64,000 bases of DNA. It comes from Phoronis australis (taxonomy: Eukaryota; Animalia; Phoronida). The notes under the pieces were generated by a model. That model was not told the DNA's origin, made no database searches, and saw only the letters and a list, made by a program, of their open reading frames with translations. The stretch covers positions 435,553 to 499,552 of the forward strand of contig NMRA01000183.1 in NCBI GenBank assembly GCA_002633005.1, given 5' to 3'. This document shows positions 1 to 14,200 of the stretch, piece after piece. The stretch's first letter is position 1, and each line of letters opens with the position of its first letter. Made by a program: the position numbers and the translations under genes.

Positions 1-2711
1 TAATGCTCAGTGCGAGCAGTCTTTCGGTTTAGTGACAAGCAATGCAAACAGCAATGAGTAAATTATTAGGAGGTATGAAAATGTAACGCCATTCATCAAA
101 ATTACAAGGCAAAGGTATGATTGATTAAAAACAACGTTTCTTAGACAATAGCGATGTTTCAACTATCAGTCTGGCAAGAGTGACCAATACGGTTATTATT
201 CGTAAAAAGAAAATATTAATTTAAATTTAACAGCTTCTTATTTAATTTGAACTTTTCTTTTCTAGTAAAAATTTTCTTTTCAAGGACAAAAATGGGGACA
301 CCCACATAAATACGCAGGTATCACTTAATTTTCCCTCGGGAAATTTTTTTACACCGGCGTTTCTGATTGGCTAGTCGAATTCTCAACAGACAGCTCTTTA
401 CGCAAACAACCTGACACGACTAATGGTTTGAAGTGTAAATGTGGTCTGTTTCACAGACAAATCGGTGCTTAAAATTTATGTTCAGGAAATATGAATCCTA
501 GAAATTGTGGTTGCGCCTTTTCGGAGTGAGTCTTTCTACTGTCGATGACTTTTGTTTACGATTTGTCCTGTATTCATACATTTGTGTTTATTGTACACGT
601 ATGTGCTTCAAGCACGCGGCTATTAAACATCACTGCAGAAACAAAATAGTTCACAGTCCGCCACTTTTTCACTGTGTTGTAAAGCTAACCAATGACTGCT
701 GAGGTTACATCAACCAATGCTAAAGCGATGCCACTGCGTGATACCTGCATGCTGGCTAGGGGACTAGTGAGTAATGTAGGCCTAGTACTACATGTAGCTG
801 TCAGCTCGGCATTGTTCTGGTATTGTGTTAGCATCGGGGAAGTTGTATAGTGTTGATAAGCAAGTTAGTAGAATATGAAATATAATGCAGTTAAACTAAT
901 TTTTGTTAATTTGTCCACTATTTAGATTTGATATGTATTGCTTCTGAAACTCATTTCTAAAGATAATTGATAGTACTGGCAGGTGACCATTTTACTTATG
1001 GTATTGTATTTTCTATCGTACTCCTTGAACTTGTATTTTGTCGTAATAAATGACTTGATTTCACAAAAGCAAACCTCAGTCTCCTTTTCATCTCTGGTAT
1101 CGAGCTTACAGCACATGTATTTTTACTCAGAACATACAATCATAAATTGTTTAACTGACATGGAAAATAGTCAGCTTGAAAACGAAGTGCTTTTGGACCT
1201 TCCCACCAACATCTACACTTCCAGTAAGTGAATGGCAGACAGTGGCAGCAATGCAATCGTCTCTTGGCATGAAATTAACTTTTCCATAAGAAACTGGTGG
1301 ATTTAATGCAATATAAGCAGCTGCTGTTAATGGAAATGCTTAACAACAGGGATTGATTGGCTAATATTTGTCAATTTGTTCTAGTATAAGCATTCTGTTT
1401 CATTGCTATGCACCCACATCTTTGCGAATGCATTATGCCATCGTCCCCATCCTTTGTCTGATTCGCTGTCACTATGAAACCCCTTGACTTTATTAGTGAA
1501 ATTTTGCTGACATGTTTCTATCGGAATGGCATGGCGAAATTTTCGCGAGAATCGGACTATCGCTTTTTGGCCACTAATGCCTCTCTATCTCTGGTGTCTG
1601 GCAAAATTGTCATACGGGTATCTATTAAGAATGTATTGACTCCTTTCAATTTTCTGATTATGACGAATTCTGCACCACCTAGTGGCCATTTTTATTCTGG
1701 TACCCATCTCTCTGACTTGTCAAACCACATGAAGGATCATTATGAAAATTTGTACGTTTTCACTGTCAGAGAAGAAAATGACCGACAGTGACTTTTGGAC
1801 AGATCATTCTAGTGTGCTCTATAGTTGCAGTTTCGTTTTTTTCCTCTATCACTGACTCTCTTAAATACCCCGGATGATCTCTTGTAAATTTAGTTCGTTT
1901 ATTCTGTGAAGTGAATTAATTGTGATGACTTCCAGAGACATCTGTAGGTGGATGTTACTTACATATCATGGGCATGCCTGAATGAACACTGATCACAGTG
2001 GGCTATCTAAATAACTCAATAAACAATGCTTCAGTCGCCCCTGTTGGTGAACCCCGCATTTGTGGTTACACCTCTTTAAAAAGATAGAACTGCCGAGGTA
2101 GGTCCATCTGGACTTGCAGGGATGGGTCCACCTATTGCAGTGGTGTAGATCGACCCATCACGATGGGTCCAGTTATAATTGGACCCATCATGACAGGTTC
2201 AGACCCATCAATGCAGGTCACGCTATATAAATATAACTGGACCCGTCACGGCGGGTCCAGTTATATTTATATTGACAGACCCATCCCGAATTTGGTGTAC
2301 CCAGTTACAAAGAGAGACTTCGCTGATCAACATTTACTGACAGGTGTACCCGCCTGTAATCATATTTTACGTAGAAACACATATAATTATGTGGGTGTCC
2401 CCATTTTTGTCTTTGAAAGCAAATTTTTACTAGATTAGAAAAGTTCAAGTTAAATAAGAAGCTGGTATTTGTTCATTGATCATTCAAATACATCACGCAA
2501 GGAAGTCAAAACGTGGTAAACAATCACAATTGAGGTGTATGTAAGATTTTCAGTCTTCGATGTATACTGTGCGTTTGCAAGGTTTTACGCTCAGGAAAAA
2601 TATTTCTGGTGCCTTGAAATACTTTCAGTAACGACAATGGTCGGATTCAGCGCTAAATCTATTGCATAAGCTTGTATCATCATAAAGAACGTGAAAACAG
2701 TTGCGAAGAAC

Positions 2712-2961
2712 GAGCCGGATAACATCAGACAAGTTGCTGACAAAGGCTAGGGTACACTTTCCATGATCATTAATGAGCCGGATAACATCAGACAAGTTGC
2801 TTACAAAGGCTAGGGTACACTTTCCATGATCATGAATGAGCCGGATAACATCAGACAAGTTGCTGACCAAGGCTAGGGTACACTTTCCATGATCATGAAT
2901 GAGCCGGATAACATCAGACAAGTTGCTGACCAAGGCTAGGGTACACTTTCCATGATCATGA
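2712..2961. repeat. 63-bp tandem repeat, about 4 copies
   Basis: Unit GAGCCGGATAACATCAGACAAGTTGCTGAC(A/C)AAGGCTAGGGTACACTTTCCATGATCAT(G/T)AAT; it explains the 21-aa periodicity of ORF 2625..2999. Confidence 0.95.
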
Positions 2962-3448
2962 CTGCTCTTAATGTGTCTGTAGGTAACTAAAAAGGCCAAT
3001 AGATGGATTGTAATGACTGCTACCGCTGTCTTTGGTCAGAAGAAGGTTGGTTAAGCATGTTTGTTACTTCTCAATTCACAGCTGAAGGATGGCGAAACTA
3101 AATCGGATCGCTTTAAATTGCCAATTTATTAAACGAACGTCAACCGAGAACGTTCCTTGGGCTTCAATAAAATATCTAAAAATGTCTCCGCACAGCCAAT
3201 ATCCTTTAACAAATTTACCCTTCAATATTGTGAAACACTAACTTCACCAATAGAGCAAAGTATTTACAGTCGGTGTGAAGGTGCCCTCTGCAACCTCTGC
3301 TAGTTTATTTTATTCATGACCACGGTACTCAGCTTTCCATTGATACTACAGTGTACCTTGGGCTGAGTTACAAATCCTTCTGAGACAGGGACATGAATTT
3401 ACATATTACCTGTTTCAACAAACCGACTGACTTATTCAAAATATGCAC

Positions 3449-3571
3449 CTGTACATTTCCCATTGGACCTCATGTAACCTGGTAGACACTTGCACTCTTT
3501 CTTAACACTGTCGCAGTATTCGTTATCTCCACATTTTGATCCTCCGTTGGTGCACACAACATCTGCGTAAG
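3449..3571 (-). CDS. Array-2 exon 16: 6-Cys EGF/EB-like module
   Basis: AG..GT, 123 nt, phase 1-1; (A)YADVVCTNGGSKCGDNEYCDSVKKECKCLPGYMRSNGKCT. No stop codon, so the gene probably continues beyond the window start. Confidence 0.88.
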
Positions 3572-5891
3572 CTGGAAAATAATTTATTGAATTCTTTTAA
3601 CCATTTTGCTGAAAAAGTTATTATCACTTCTAGACATTGGCGCATAAAATTTCCCAATTCAAATTTCTTCTCTTGTTACACGATGTAGACGTGTTGCCCT
3701 TGGCAACAGATACCTACTGATATATCTCGTTTAGTTGCATTGAAAGTAATGACATAATATCAGTTATTTCAAAATAAAAGACCCCAGATCAACACATTCA
3801 ATTAGAGACTTGGCTACACATGGCCAATCCCAACCCCGCAATTTGAGCACAAACATACCACGTGATTTGTCGTGATCTAGAGAAAGCTTAAAAGGATCGT
3901 GCATGCAAACCAATAGCTCTGAAAATATCCAAACATGAAAGTTCCATTTTGAGAATTCGATTTCAGTACTCAGATACCGACTCTTCAAGGCTATGATAGC
4001 AAAGGCTAGGCAAGTGAGAACATGCGAATGTGTTGCCCTTAAAATGGACCTTTTTAAAATTGAAATGATATAAATGAGTTCTCCCTCTATTTTAAAATTC
4101 ATTACAACTTAAATCTGGTCTCCCTTTTGCGTGCCAAAACATAACTTCCTACCGCGCACGTACCGGAAACAAAGAAACGACGAAAATACAGTCCTTTGCT
4201 TTAAGATTGTTGATGGTATATATATTTTTTTTTTGTATTTTGGAAATAAAACCGCAACCCATGCCAAATGATGTCGTAAAGATTTCGCAAGCTATTAACT
4301 TGCGAGATCCATGCGACGGACGAAAGCGCGTCGCATGGTTACAGCCTATGGGATGCCACCATTGTTTTCCTTGGTTGCGACTTTATTGCATATAACAATA
4401 CAAGTCGCACGGATATCATGACTTTGGCGCCCATCAGCCGGTTACTGAAAAATACTTTCCATTATTTTTATTATAAGAAACAAAAACAATAGATACGCCT
4501 ATTTATCGACATCTATGCGACGAGCTTGCGCCCTAGTTTTCCGCGGGAGCTTATGATGCTCATTTTTAAAATGGAACGAATAGTTTGATGTCGGCTGCAT
4601 GCAAGGGTGCTGTCTTTAAAAGAATGCTTAACCTGCCAGATTGGATCCAGTATGCTTCAGGGCACAATTCCATCACCGACATAGACAGCAAGCTATCTGC
4701 ATGCAGGCTAGCATGAAAATGAAGCTAGTGAACGATGCGCGTAAATCTTATACACCCGTATAAACGCTAAGGTATAACAGCGCCAGAGTTATCTTGCTCA
4801 TCACCTCGTCATGGAAATGCTTTCAACATGAAGAACTCGTGAGCGATCAAAGTGTGAGAATCAACCGACTCTCGGAGTTTACCCGACTCTCACCTTACCA
4901 TTGCAGCCATTTAAGGGAAAAACAACCTGACGAATGTAATGACACCACAGTCGTCAACGTGCACACAAAATGCTTTCAGAAACACCGAAAACAAAGAGAA
5001 ATGCGCCACCTTCTACAGTCACGACATCACTACTGCACTGACAGTAATTTCAAAGCCGCAAACATAACCAACGTTGCTATCATAAAACCGCTGACGCAAT
5101 ACCCGCAATTAGATGGATTGCACATGCTCGACCGACGCACCTACCAGGTTTGCGTTCCGTAGACCTAGTTTGTCGCTCGGATACACTGGTCAGCACTAAA
5201 AATAACGAAAATTAGGCTTTGTTCAAGACATTTGGTAAGTGTCCACTAGCAATTTGAACGTGATGTTTTTGTTCAAGCCACTCTGCGGGTGTAGAAAAAC
5301 AACTTAACCCGGTGGCAGGCCGCAGGGTCTTATTTTTCCAGGAAAAACAAGACAATCACTGACACATTTCCAGTTCATGTCTTATGATGCATTTTATGTG
5401 TTCGCCAAACTTTTCATCACGGTCAGATTGCACATCGTGTTTAAGCAGGCTACATATGTATGTCAACCAGTCAACCAAACACAGAAGCCTGACGGGGGGA
5501 CTGTTCCAGCGATGTGGACGTGCATCTGAGATGGGTGCCATTTTTGTCAGCTTTTGGTCACATTTTCACCTTTTTGGATTAAGTGGGTTATGAAATCACT
5601 TCTTCGCTTGATATGTGTTTCGATATGTCAATTATCTGCACGGTATGAATATTGACTTGATCGTAAAGTGATTAAACATATGAATTACTTAGACGTTTTC
5701 ATGATGAGGTATGAGTCATGGGTCATGGTTTAATCCTCTTTCAATAGATATAGAGATGGGTCACACGTATTACTATACGTATCATTAAAGATCGAATTTT
5801 CATAGTTATAGCAAGCAATGTGGCATTGTTCTAGTATTTTTGTTAATTTTGGCTATGTATAAATAACACCCAGATTACAAACCCCAGCTAA

Positions 5892-6560
5892 ATGACTTAT
5901 TCCCGTTGTGCCCAGGCTTGTGTAAACGAGCTAAACCACCTATCCTCTAGTAGAACTGTCCATGGGAACTGGATTAAACCCCATGTTGGCCTTGACGGTA
6001 ACAAAGCTGTTGACAACCTTGCAAAAGAAGGAGGAAGTGCACCATGTTTTGTACCAGAACCTTGCATACCAGTTGCCTATAGGTGCTGTAGAGCAAAGGT
6101 AAGACACTGGGTCCGCAAATTGTTTGTGGATGCATGGAGAAAGCTCTCTGCCTGCAGACAAACCAAACAACTTTTTCCAAGTCCTATTGAACCAAAATAT
6201 AGACTTGCTTTAAGGCAGCTGATCCAGGTTATTACTGGACACTGCAACCTAGCTCGGCACCGTGACTTCACAGGCCACACGGCATGTTTACTTTGTCCCA
6301 ACTGTGACTTGGAACCCGAGACTCCTCAACATCTGGTAGAGATATGCCTGCCTACAATAGACACCGTAAACTACTACTTGATGGACACATAACCCGCCGG
6401 TTAACATTGTTAGTTCATACAGGTTTAATAGTTTTTCTGTCTTTCTGAAACATACAGATTGGAAGATTTTACACATGAGAAATCCAATGATGTCGTGTCC
6501 CCATGAGTCATAATCAGGTGATTAGTGTAATGGGCCTGGCCTTGTGGCCTAAACAAGCTT
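5892..6560 (+). mobile_element. 5'-truncated non-LTR retrotransposon 3' fragment (RNase H plus CCHC finger; I/LOA/R1-like group)
   Basis: ORF 5892..6392: VHGNWIKPHVGLDGNKAVDNLAKEG matches the non-LTR RNase H motif WxPGHxGxxGNExADxLAK; ITGHCNLARH...CPNCDLEPETPQHLVEIC is the C-terminal zinc knuckle. The 3' boundary is approximate. Confidence 0.85.
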
Positions 6561-6601
6561 GGTGTAGCGAAAAAGGCTTCAGACTATCTGCACTTCTTTT
6601 T

Positions 6602-6777
6602 TTAAATGGCTTACTCCGAAAACGATGAAGGTACATTTTAAACTGCATTTTGTTGCTTTCGAATAGGCGTAGCTGCTTGGAGTAGGAATTAAATGGCTTT
6701 CTCTAAAGACGATGAAGGTATATTTTAAGCTGCATTTTGGTCCTTCCAAATAGACGTAGCTGATTGGAGGAGGGAAC
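6602..6777. repeat. Diverged 87-bp tandem duplication
   Basis: TTAAATGGCTT...ACGATGAAGGTA.ATTTTAA.CTGCATTTTG...ATAG.CGTAGCTG.TTGGAG recurs at 6602 and 6689. Confidence 0.8.
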
Positions 6778-7450
6778 ACATGACATAACTTTGCCTCATC
6801 CTCACCGCCATCACTCTCTACTGTGCCATCTACTCTCCGTCCACCTTCCTTCGTGCCCTTTCCATAGTTTTCCATTGCATTCTTTACTGTCAGATTTGTT
6901 TTGTTTTGCCGGAACTTTCCCTTTTGTCAGGATATGAACCCCTGCTAAAATGCTTATGCAGTCACTGTCAGTTAAACCCTAAGTCGACACGAAAAGCGAT
7001 TGACATTTGAATGCCCGCTGAATCGAGAAATATAGCTGGCAAACGGTCACGTCAAGAAGTTATGGGGGGGCATGTAGACATTGTCTATCTGTCATTTTAA
7101 ACTGTTAACCGAAGCCCTATGGGTCTAAAATCATTTCTACGCTCATTCGACCTAGAATGGTTGAAAAATCTACCGGTAACTCATAGAAAAAGCAATGCCT
7201 GCATACATCATGTTTTGCAATTTTAAGGTTCGCCAGCCTTAATAAACTGTGAGACGTTTTTGAGTCGCTGAGAATTTCGATGTTTTGCTTTCGTTTGGTT
7301 CAGGAAAAGCCTCATGGGTTTATCAGGATAACGCACCATACTGCACTACATGCCTTCAGTGTCCATGTCCAGATGATTGCTTGGTGTCAGCACAAGTGAC
7401 CAAATGAAACACTTCCTTTAAATGACAGTAGCTTCCATTTTTTATGTTTA

Positions 7451-8409
7451 TAAATACCTCAACAAAAGTTTGTAAGTTTGTGTTCAATCGTCCGTGTTTT
7501 CATTGCTTTTGGTTCATTTAAATTGTGTTGCATAACAATGGAACACTCAGTCATTCCCCTTTCCAACAATCCCACATATTGACAATAAATGTTTGATATG
7601 CTCAGCAATTTTGCTGTCAAAGTGAATGTTGCAAAATTCCCTGTTTTGCCAAACGGTGGCACCACCTGTGATGTGCTGGTGATTAACACTGGGGGGTAAA
7701 CACCAAATTTTTGAGACATTGATTGATAGCATGGAACTCCTCCTATTAGCAAGATGACTGTGAATGGCAATTATGCAATGTGCACTGGAGTGCCCAGTTG
7801 GCAGGTTTCCCGTGAAAATATGGTGTTCTGGCTCCAAATGGAATGGCCCGTATTCAGCCCAGACTTGAAATCTATAGAACACTTGTGGGACCACCTCAAT
7901 AGCGCTGAACGTGTGCGAGTGACCAACACAACCACTGTGGCTGATTTAAAGCGCTTACTGACTCAGGAATGAAATCCCATCACACAGCAACATCACGCGA
8001 AGAAGGTGTGTCGCTGCTGTGACTGTGAATGGTTCCTAAACCTGATACTTAGAAAATTATCGCTGCTGCCAGATTATCACCGTTGTCTATTAGTTGTTCA
8101 ATAAATAAAGTGTTTAAATGTTGCCAAATTGTCACAATTTTTATCATGGACCCAGCAATGTATCTGTTATTGAAAATGCTGAATGCTCCAACTTGTATGC
8201 ACACTTAACTCCAACTGAATTTGCAACATTCCATTTGATATCAAGCTCTGTTTGGCAGCAAATTTACTGATTAAAATAAATATTTATTCAAGGAATGTGG
8301 TATTGTTAGAAAGGGGAATGATTGGCATGCAATGTGATTTAATTAAACAAAAAATAATAAAAACACGGGCGAGTGAACACAAATTTCCAAACTTTTATTG
8401 AGGTGTTTA
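7451..8409 (+). mobile_element. Internally deleted Tc1/mariner transposon with long TIRs
   Basis: TIRs TAAATACCTCAACAAAAGTTTG... / ...CAAACTTTTATTGAGGTGTTTA (roughly 200 bp, diverged, TA at both ends); internal WPVFSPDLKSIEHLWD matches the Tc1 WPxxSPDLNPIEHLW motif. Confidence 0.9.
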
Positions 8410-10197
8410 CTTTAACCGCCGGAAGGCTCCCATTTTTTTACTGAAGAGAGTGTTGTTTTAAAGGCATTAAGCTTACGTCAGATTTTATTTGTTTCATATT
8501 TAAACCCATATCGTTCCACGGGTGTAGAGGTATGTATTATATTATTTCAACCCACATCGCCCCATGGGTGTTCACGTATGTATAATATTATTTCAACAGA
8601 TTGTGCAGTTATAACCCAATATCACGGTTATGATGTTTACGATAACACTGTTCCTTTGTTAGTATCTTGTTTTCTTGAACTTTGTTATCAATCATTATTC
8701 AAACTTCCATTTTACGGTCACCATGTTACCCATCTCCAAATTTTTTAAGCCTTCTCATCTCATCCGTATTCTGACATCATATTTGTTTTTAAATAACTAT
8801 AAAATATAAACCAACAAGTGAATGCAAACCTGAATATAGCCATCGCAGTGTCCACCGTCACGCAATTGTAAAAAAGGTGTTTTCAAGGAGGACTAAAATA
8901 TTCAGGAGGCATAGCTTTTAAACAGAGCTGAAGGGTCATTGGAGGTCTTTTCAACGACTGGTGAAATGGACACATACAAAAAGGATTGGGAGGAAAACTC
9001 TTGTTGAGTGTTACTGCTTCCCAAGTCTTCCCGGTTGTACTTCCCCTCTGTCTCTAGCAACGACTAATCAAATCGCCTGCCATCTTGTAATCCCACTTCT
9101 TGACCTAACGACGTCATGTAGTGACCCGAATGCCAGCCAATCCGCCAAGCGAATGCTTCAGTTCAAGAGCCCACAAAAATGCAAACTGGCGGAGTGGTAA
9201 GCGGACAGTAAAAATTCGAATCTTCGAACGAATAAGTTCTTTCGAGGAGCTTGATCCGTGCAATTATATTCGCTGCATTATTTCTGCGGATAAATGTGTT
9301 CACGCGATCGTAATTTCGACCTACATGTATGCAGGTTAATATTTGATGTTCAATTCGAGTGTGATATGCATGACATATAATGCTACGCTTTAAATTTACG
9401 GACTTCCAACCCTACTTAATATAGGGTAGGGTGACCGACTAAAATATTCACTTACTTTCACTACATGTCACTTGCCCGACTTAACCGCCTGCACACTGAG
9501 CGAGCTAACACCAGCTTGCGATATAAACAAACAGCTTTTTCCAATTATTTGCATTAAACACGACAATTGAATATGTATTATGGAAAACATGACATCTTCC
9601 CCAAAGTATAATCGACCGCTCCTTTGTCCATTCCGAAAAAACTAGCACGTGACTGAGCTAAAGAATGATTGACATCTTATCAAAACCTCAAATATATCCT
9701 ACTCCTGAGAATTACTGGGAGGGATAAATTACATAATAAAACAATTATCGGATCCGCCCCGGTCATTGCCACATTTTTGGGTTCTGAAAGCAAACATTCT
9801 GACATCAATGAAAGTCAAATCATTTGTTTATGAAGAAATCATAACACTTCAGGACGGGACAGACTAAAGTTATTAGTTTTGATATGAGCTATAAAATAGC
9901 AAAAGAGGCATATGCGATTCTGATTGTTTAACAAATACACAATTCTCGCCTCTGTCACTGGAACAGTCTCTCAAGACAGAGCCAGTTCTAAAAAATGCGC
10001 TTACAACACCCTTACATTTATCGCTTGGGGATTAGTTGCTCGAGTAAAGATGACATTAACAGTTGAATTCCGTTGGAGATGGTCTCAGAATACAATTTTC
10101 TTCCCGATAAAGTTATCTAAAATATACACTTTATCAATGGCATAAAGTTGATAGCAAGGTTGCACAACATCCTAATTCGTCGTGACCACGGTCTTAC

Positions 10198-10320
10198 CTT
10201 CACATTTCCCTTGATGCAAAACGAACCCCACGTTACATTTGCAGGTTTTAGAGCTGGTGTCGCACCTTGCATTCGGAAAACATTTGGTGCCTCCAAGCGA
10301 GCACGGCACTTGGCCTATTG
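10198..10320 (-). CDS. Array-2 exon 15: 6-Cys EGF/EB-like module
   Basis: CAG..GTAAG, 123 nt, phase 1-1; (A)IGQVPCSLGGTKCFPNARCDTSSKTCKCNVGFVLHQGKCE. Confidence 0.9.
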
Positions 10321-10628
10321 CTGGAATATGGAGCCAAGAACACGTCTGTGACGTAACTTAAAATGGTCACAACTACTAAGTAATGGAAGTGAAAAATACG
10401 AAGCGCTTTACTCGCTAATGTTGTTTACTAAATACAGCAGGTGGCTAAAATAAATCTACAAAATAGTAATGCATGCTTACATGGTTCAACCATGGTTTAT
10501 ACAGAAAAAATCAGCATTACAACAGATTACAAATACATGCACGAGGTGTTCCTAGAAAGACTGCGTGCAACTTCGCTTTGTTTTATACAAGAACATCTTT
10601 CGATTATCGTTCACTCTAGGCCACTTAC

Positions 10629-10712
10629 CTTCGCAGGCTTTGCTGACTGTGTTACATATTTGGCCTAATGGACATTCGCTGCCGCCCCACTTGCAGGCCA
10701 CAGATTCTTTCG
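10629..10712 (-). CDS. Array-2 exon 14: truncated 4-Cys module
   Basis: AAG..GTAAG, 84 nt, phase 1-1; (A)KESVACKWGGSECPLGQICNTVSKACE. Confidence 0.85.
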
Positions 10713-11249
10713 CTTAAATGATATTGTACAGTCTACATCATACATTGCATATCATGGGAAATACGTGGAGGTAGCATTGGGGCAGATTTTCCCTTTCGTA
10801 TGAATCCACTGTATCCAAAATGGAAGGGAATTTGGTAGTAGGACGTGTACAAACTAAATGTTATAGAACTGCTTATATCATGTAATTTATCAATATTCTG
10901 TGCACCGTGGGAATATACATTATACTTCCTTATTCTTACCCTTCATGTCTTGTGAAGGTCAGGGACAAGCAGGCTCGAAAACTGCGTGGGACGTTTAAAT
11001 TTCTTTTTTCCAATGTCACGCGTGATAGCCTTGACATTAGGCTGACGTCAGGACATTAGAGGCATTTATTTAAATATCACAAATTAGGTGTAACATAGAA
11101 TCACTTAAACGTAGTCGTCAGCATGGTATCACAGAAGTCGCTAAAACCCAAAATACCAATAATATCGCTTAATTACATCTCCAAATTAACTAGAGTAAGA
11201 CAATGTAGTACTGAATCGTGTACGGTATAACAGAAACACGACCCAAAAA

Positions 11250-14200
11250 CACTCACGTAATGCTTGCTGGTTTGGCATTAAATAAAATGTGTAGGATGGG
11301 AAAGGGAATAGCATGAACGCTGATAGACAAATACAGTGTATCTACAGACTGTGGGAGAAAGTGGTATGAATAGCTTTTGTTAGAATTACAAATACTGTTT
11401 GAAATGGCACAGGTTTAAACATAGAAATCAGTAAAGTCTTTTTGACAGTCTTTAAAAAAACAGGAGCAGGAGTCAATTGACGATTTTACAGAGAGTAAAT
11501 CAACCGAGGAGGAGGGAGATAAGAGCTCGGGTACTATTTGCATTAGTTTGGGGAATTGGAATCATGGAGTGAGTGGTGGGTTTCTGTAAAGTCAATTACA
11601 CATGTAGATGTATGGGTATTCGGACTGTTCTTAGTTCAGCAGACGCTTATGGTGTGATTTATTACGAATTTTAAAGGATGAGAAAGTATACATTGTAGAC
11701 CTCACAATAACAGTGTTAGTGTATTTAATAAACGATTCCGTGTGAATATAAAATCAGGGATTGTTTATTATTTTTTGCTAAATTCTGCAGTATTTTGAGA
11801 TTTGTCAGTTATTGAAACACCACGTGGTAACCGAATAAGACAAATGTGGAAATATAAGTGCATCATTATGTAAAAGCACGTTCTTCCGTGGTAATATTTA
11901 AAGCGTGAAAGACATTTGAGTACTTGTGTGTCACCTCATGAAGGCGTTTATTCCAAGACAAGAGGAACTCTGAAAGGGTTCACGGAACTTATATGTTTCG
12001 GTGTGTGTTACTTTCTTGCTATTTGTGTGGATTTGTGATGTTTGTCGTTGGATATAAGGGTTGTGAAAAGGTTTATAATTGGACTTGGCGGTGCTTAGAG
12101 TCAATGTATTCCCAATGAACTAGTCGCTCAGGGGAAATAACTGGTTGTCAAAGTATTCAGATGTTGTTTTTGTATTTTCGTGACATTTTCTGACAATCAG
12201 ACGTGTGTCGCCAGCGTACACTAGGATGTTTAGTGACTTGGAATAGTACGTGTCGATAGTACATAAGAAAAAGAGGAGTAGACCAAAAATCAAACTTTGG
12301 AGAACACCAGTTGAGATATTAATTGGCAAGGAAGGGATGTTTTCCATAATAACAAATTGTTTTCTGCCCACCAGGTAGCTAGCAAACCTGTTTTGTTCAT
12401 TTTGAGGCCAGGGTAGTTCAATTTTGTTATAATGCACTGTGATGGACAAGATCAAATTTAAGGCTTTGATAGGTCGACAGTGACATGATGTTTTGTTTTA
12501 ATGAGGTATAAGTAGTTGTGTGTGAATTCTAAAAACCCAAGTTCAATGGAACGCTTATGACAAAGATGCCTCACTGGTGTTCATACAGAAGACTGTGTGA
12601 AGAAAGGTTAGGAATATAGTAAGTAGGAATATGGTTGATCGTGTAGAATTTTTAAGACAGGCAGTACTGAAATTGGTTTGTAGATTTATAAATCTTCCTC
12701 ATCGACATCAATGTTTTTGAGTATTAAATAAAACAGGTTTTTAATTTTTGAATTGTTCCGGTAAAACTTAACTTGCAAAATGATTTGTAAACGGCAGTGG
12801 ATAAGAGTTTTGCCAATTCAAAACAACTCGATTTCACTGATTTATTGTGATATCATTGTTTCCATAAATTCATTCCGCCTTCAAAATTTGGCAATGTTTT
12901 CCTGGTGATCAGGTGTTTGAAGACGATTCAATAGAAGTTTTTTGTGACTGGTCCAACTCGGAAAAGATACCTCCTTTAGTGTTTGTAAAATAATAGCCAA
13001 GTGCATTGGCTATGTCAGTCTTATAGCTAAGTTTATTGTCATATCCTAAGTCAACTGATTGCAGGTTTCTGTTTCATGAAAAGTGACTGAAGAGTATAAA
13101 CAAAATTTTGTCCTTATGCCCACACAACAAGCTCCGAAGAAATAATTCAATTTCATTTGAGGAGATGTTCCCGACTACTGCTTGTTACTTATAGACTGTG
13201 ATGCACTTATTATCGCTGGGATAAACCTTTGAAGGGGGAGCGTAGGATTAAATTTCAGTCCTCAGTTTTATGATACTTTCAAGAAACAGAACCAGAAAGG
13301 AGAAACGTGGATAATGTTGTTTGCCATTTGTTGGAGGAGTTATCTCTGTTCTTTCATTATGGTGATGAAGTGGTGATTTTTCTTGATGTAGTCTGGTTAG
13401 GCATATTAGAGACAGAGTTTAGACGCTTGTAAATTACGTTTACCACGATAGATAAGCAATACCAGTATACCATTTGTTATCCATGTGTTTTGCTTTTGGA
13501 TTGAATTTGTGAACTTATGAAGCTATAAGTGGAAGGGATGTATCCTTTAGAACAATTATTGCTCGTAAAAATCTGATAACTATCAGGTGTATAATTTGTC
13601 TCTTTAAAAGTTTATTTGTCAGTTCAGCGTTGATGCTCAGAAACCGACGACAGAGAAAATTTCCACTTTTGTCAAGTGTTCAGAATTTATCTGGACAGTA
13701 AGAGCTGCAGAAGGGATGGTATGCATTGCAGGATTAGTAAATTTAGTAAGTGAAACCGTTCGGTCGAAATATTGGTATTTTGTTGTTTACAAGCTGGGAT
13801 CGCTTTAAAAGGTTCTTCAAACATATAGCTTTTAAGTTATGCGTTTTTCAATCACAGTGTCCAAAGCTCCTAGACCAGATTATGGACAGCAATTGGAAAT
13901 TAATAATATTGTGACCCATTTGATTAATAATGAAATATTTCCCGCTGTGATGGTAGATGGGTGAAATGTAGAAACGCCACCTCCCGGGCAATTGCTATTC
14001 ATCTCCACTTGTAAATGTCAAATAAAGCTTAAGTATCGTTAATTTCTAAATTACCTAAGCAAAGGTTCATCAGTTTGATAAAGCCAGAGTCGCAGTTGCA
14101 AACACGTTGTGCCGTATCACATTGTCCATTTGTTGTACATTTTGTCCCTCCAAACTCGCAAGGGACATCCTTTTCGGCTGTAAGTATAAAAACAAATATA

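Noticed and set aside
2625-2999. ORF with 21-aa repeats (HDHGKCTLALVSNLSDVIRLI)
   Set aside because: Product of a 63-bp tandem repeat; no splice-site or family support.
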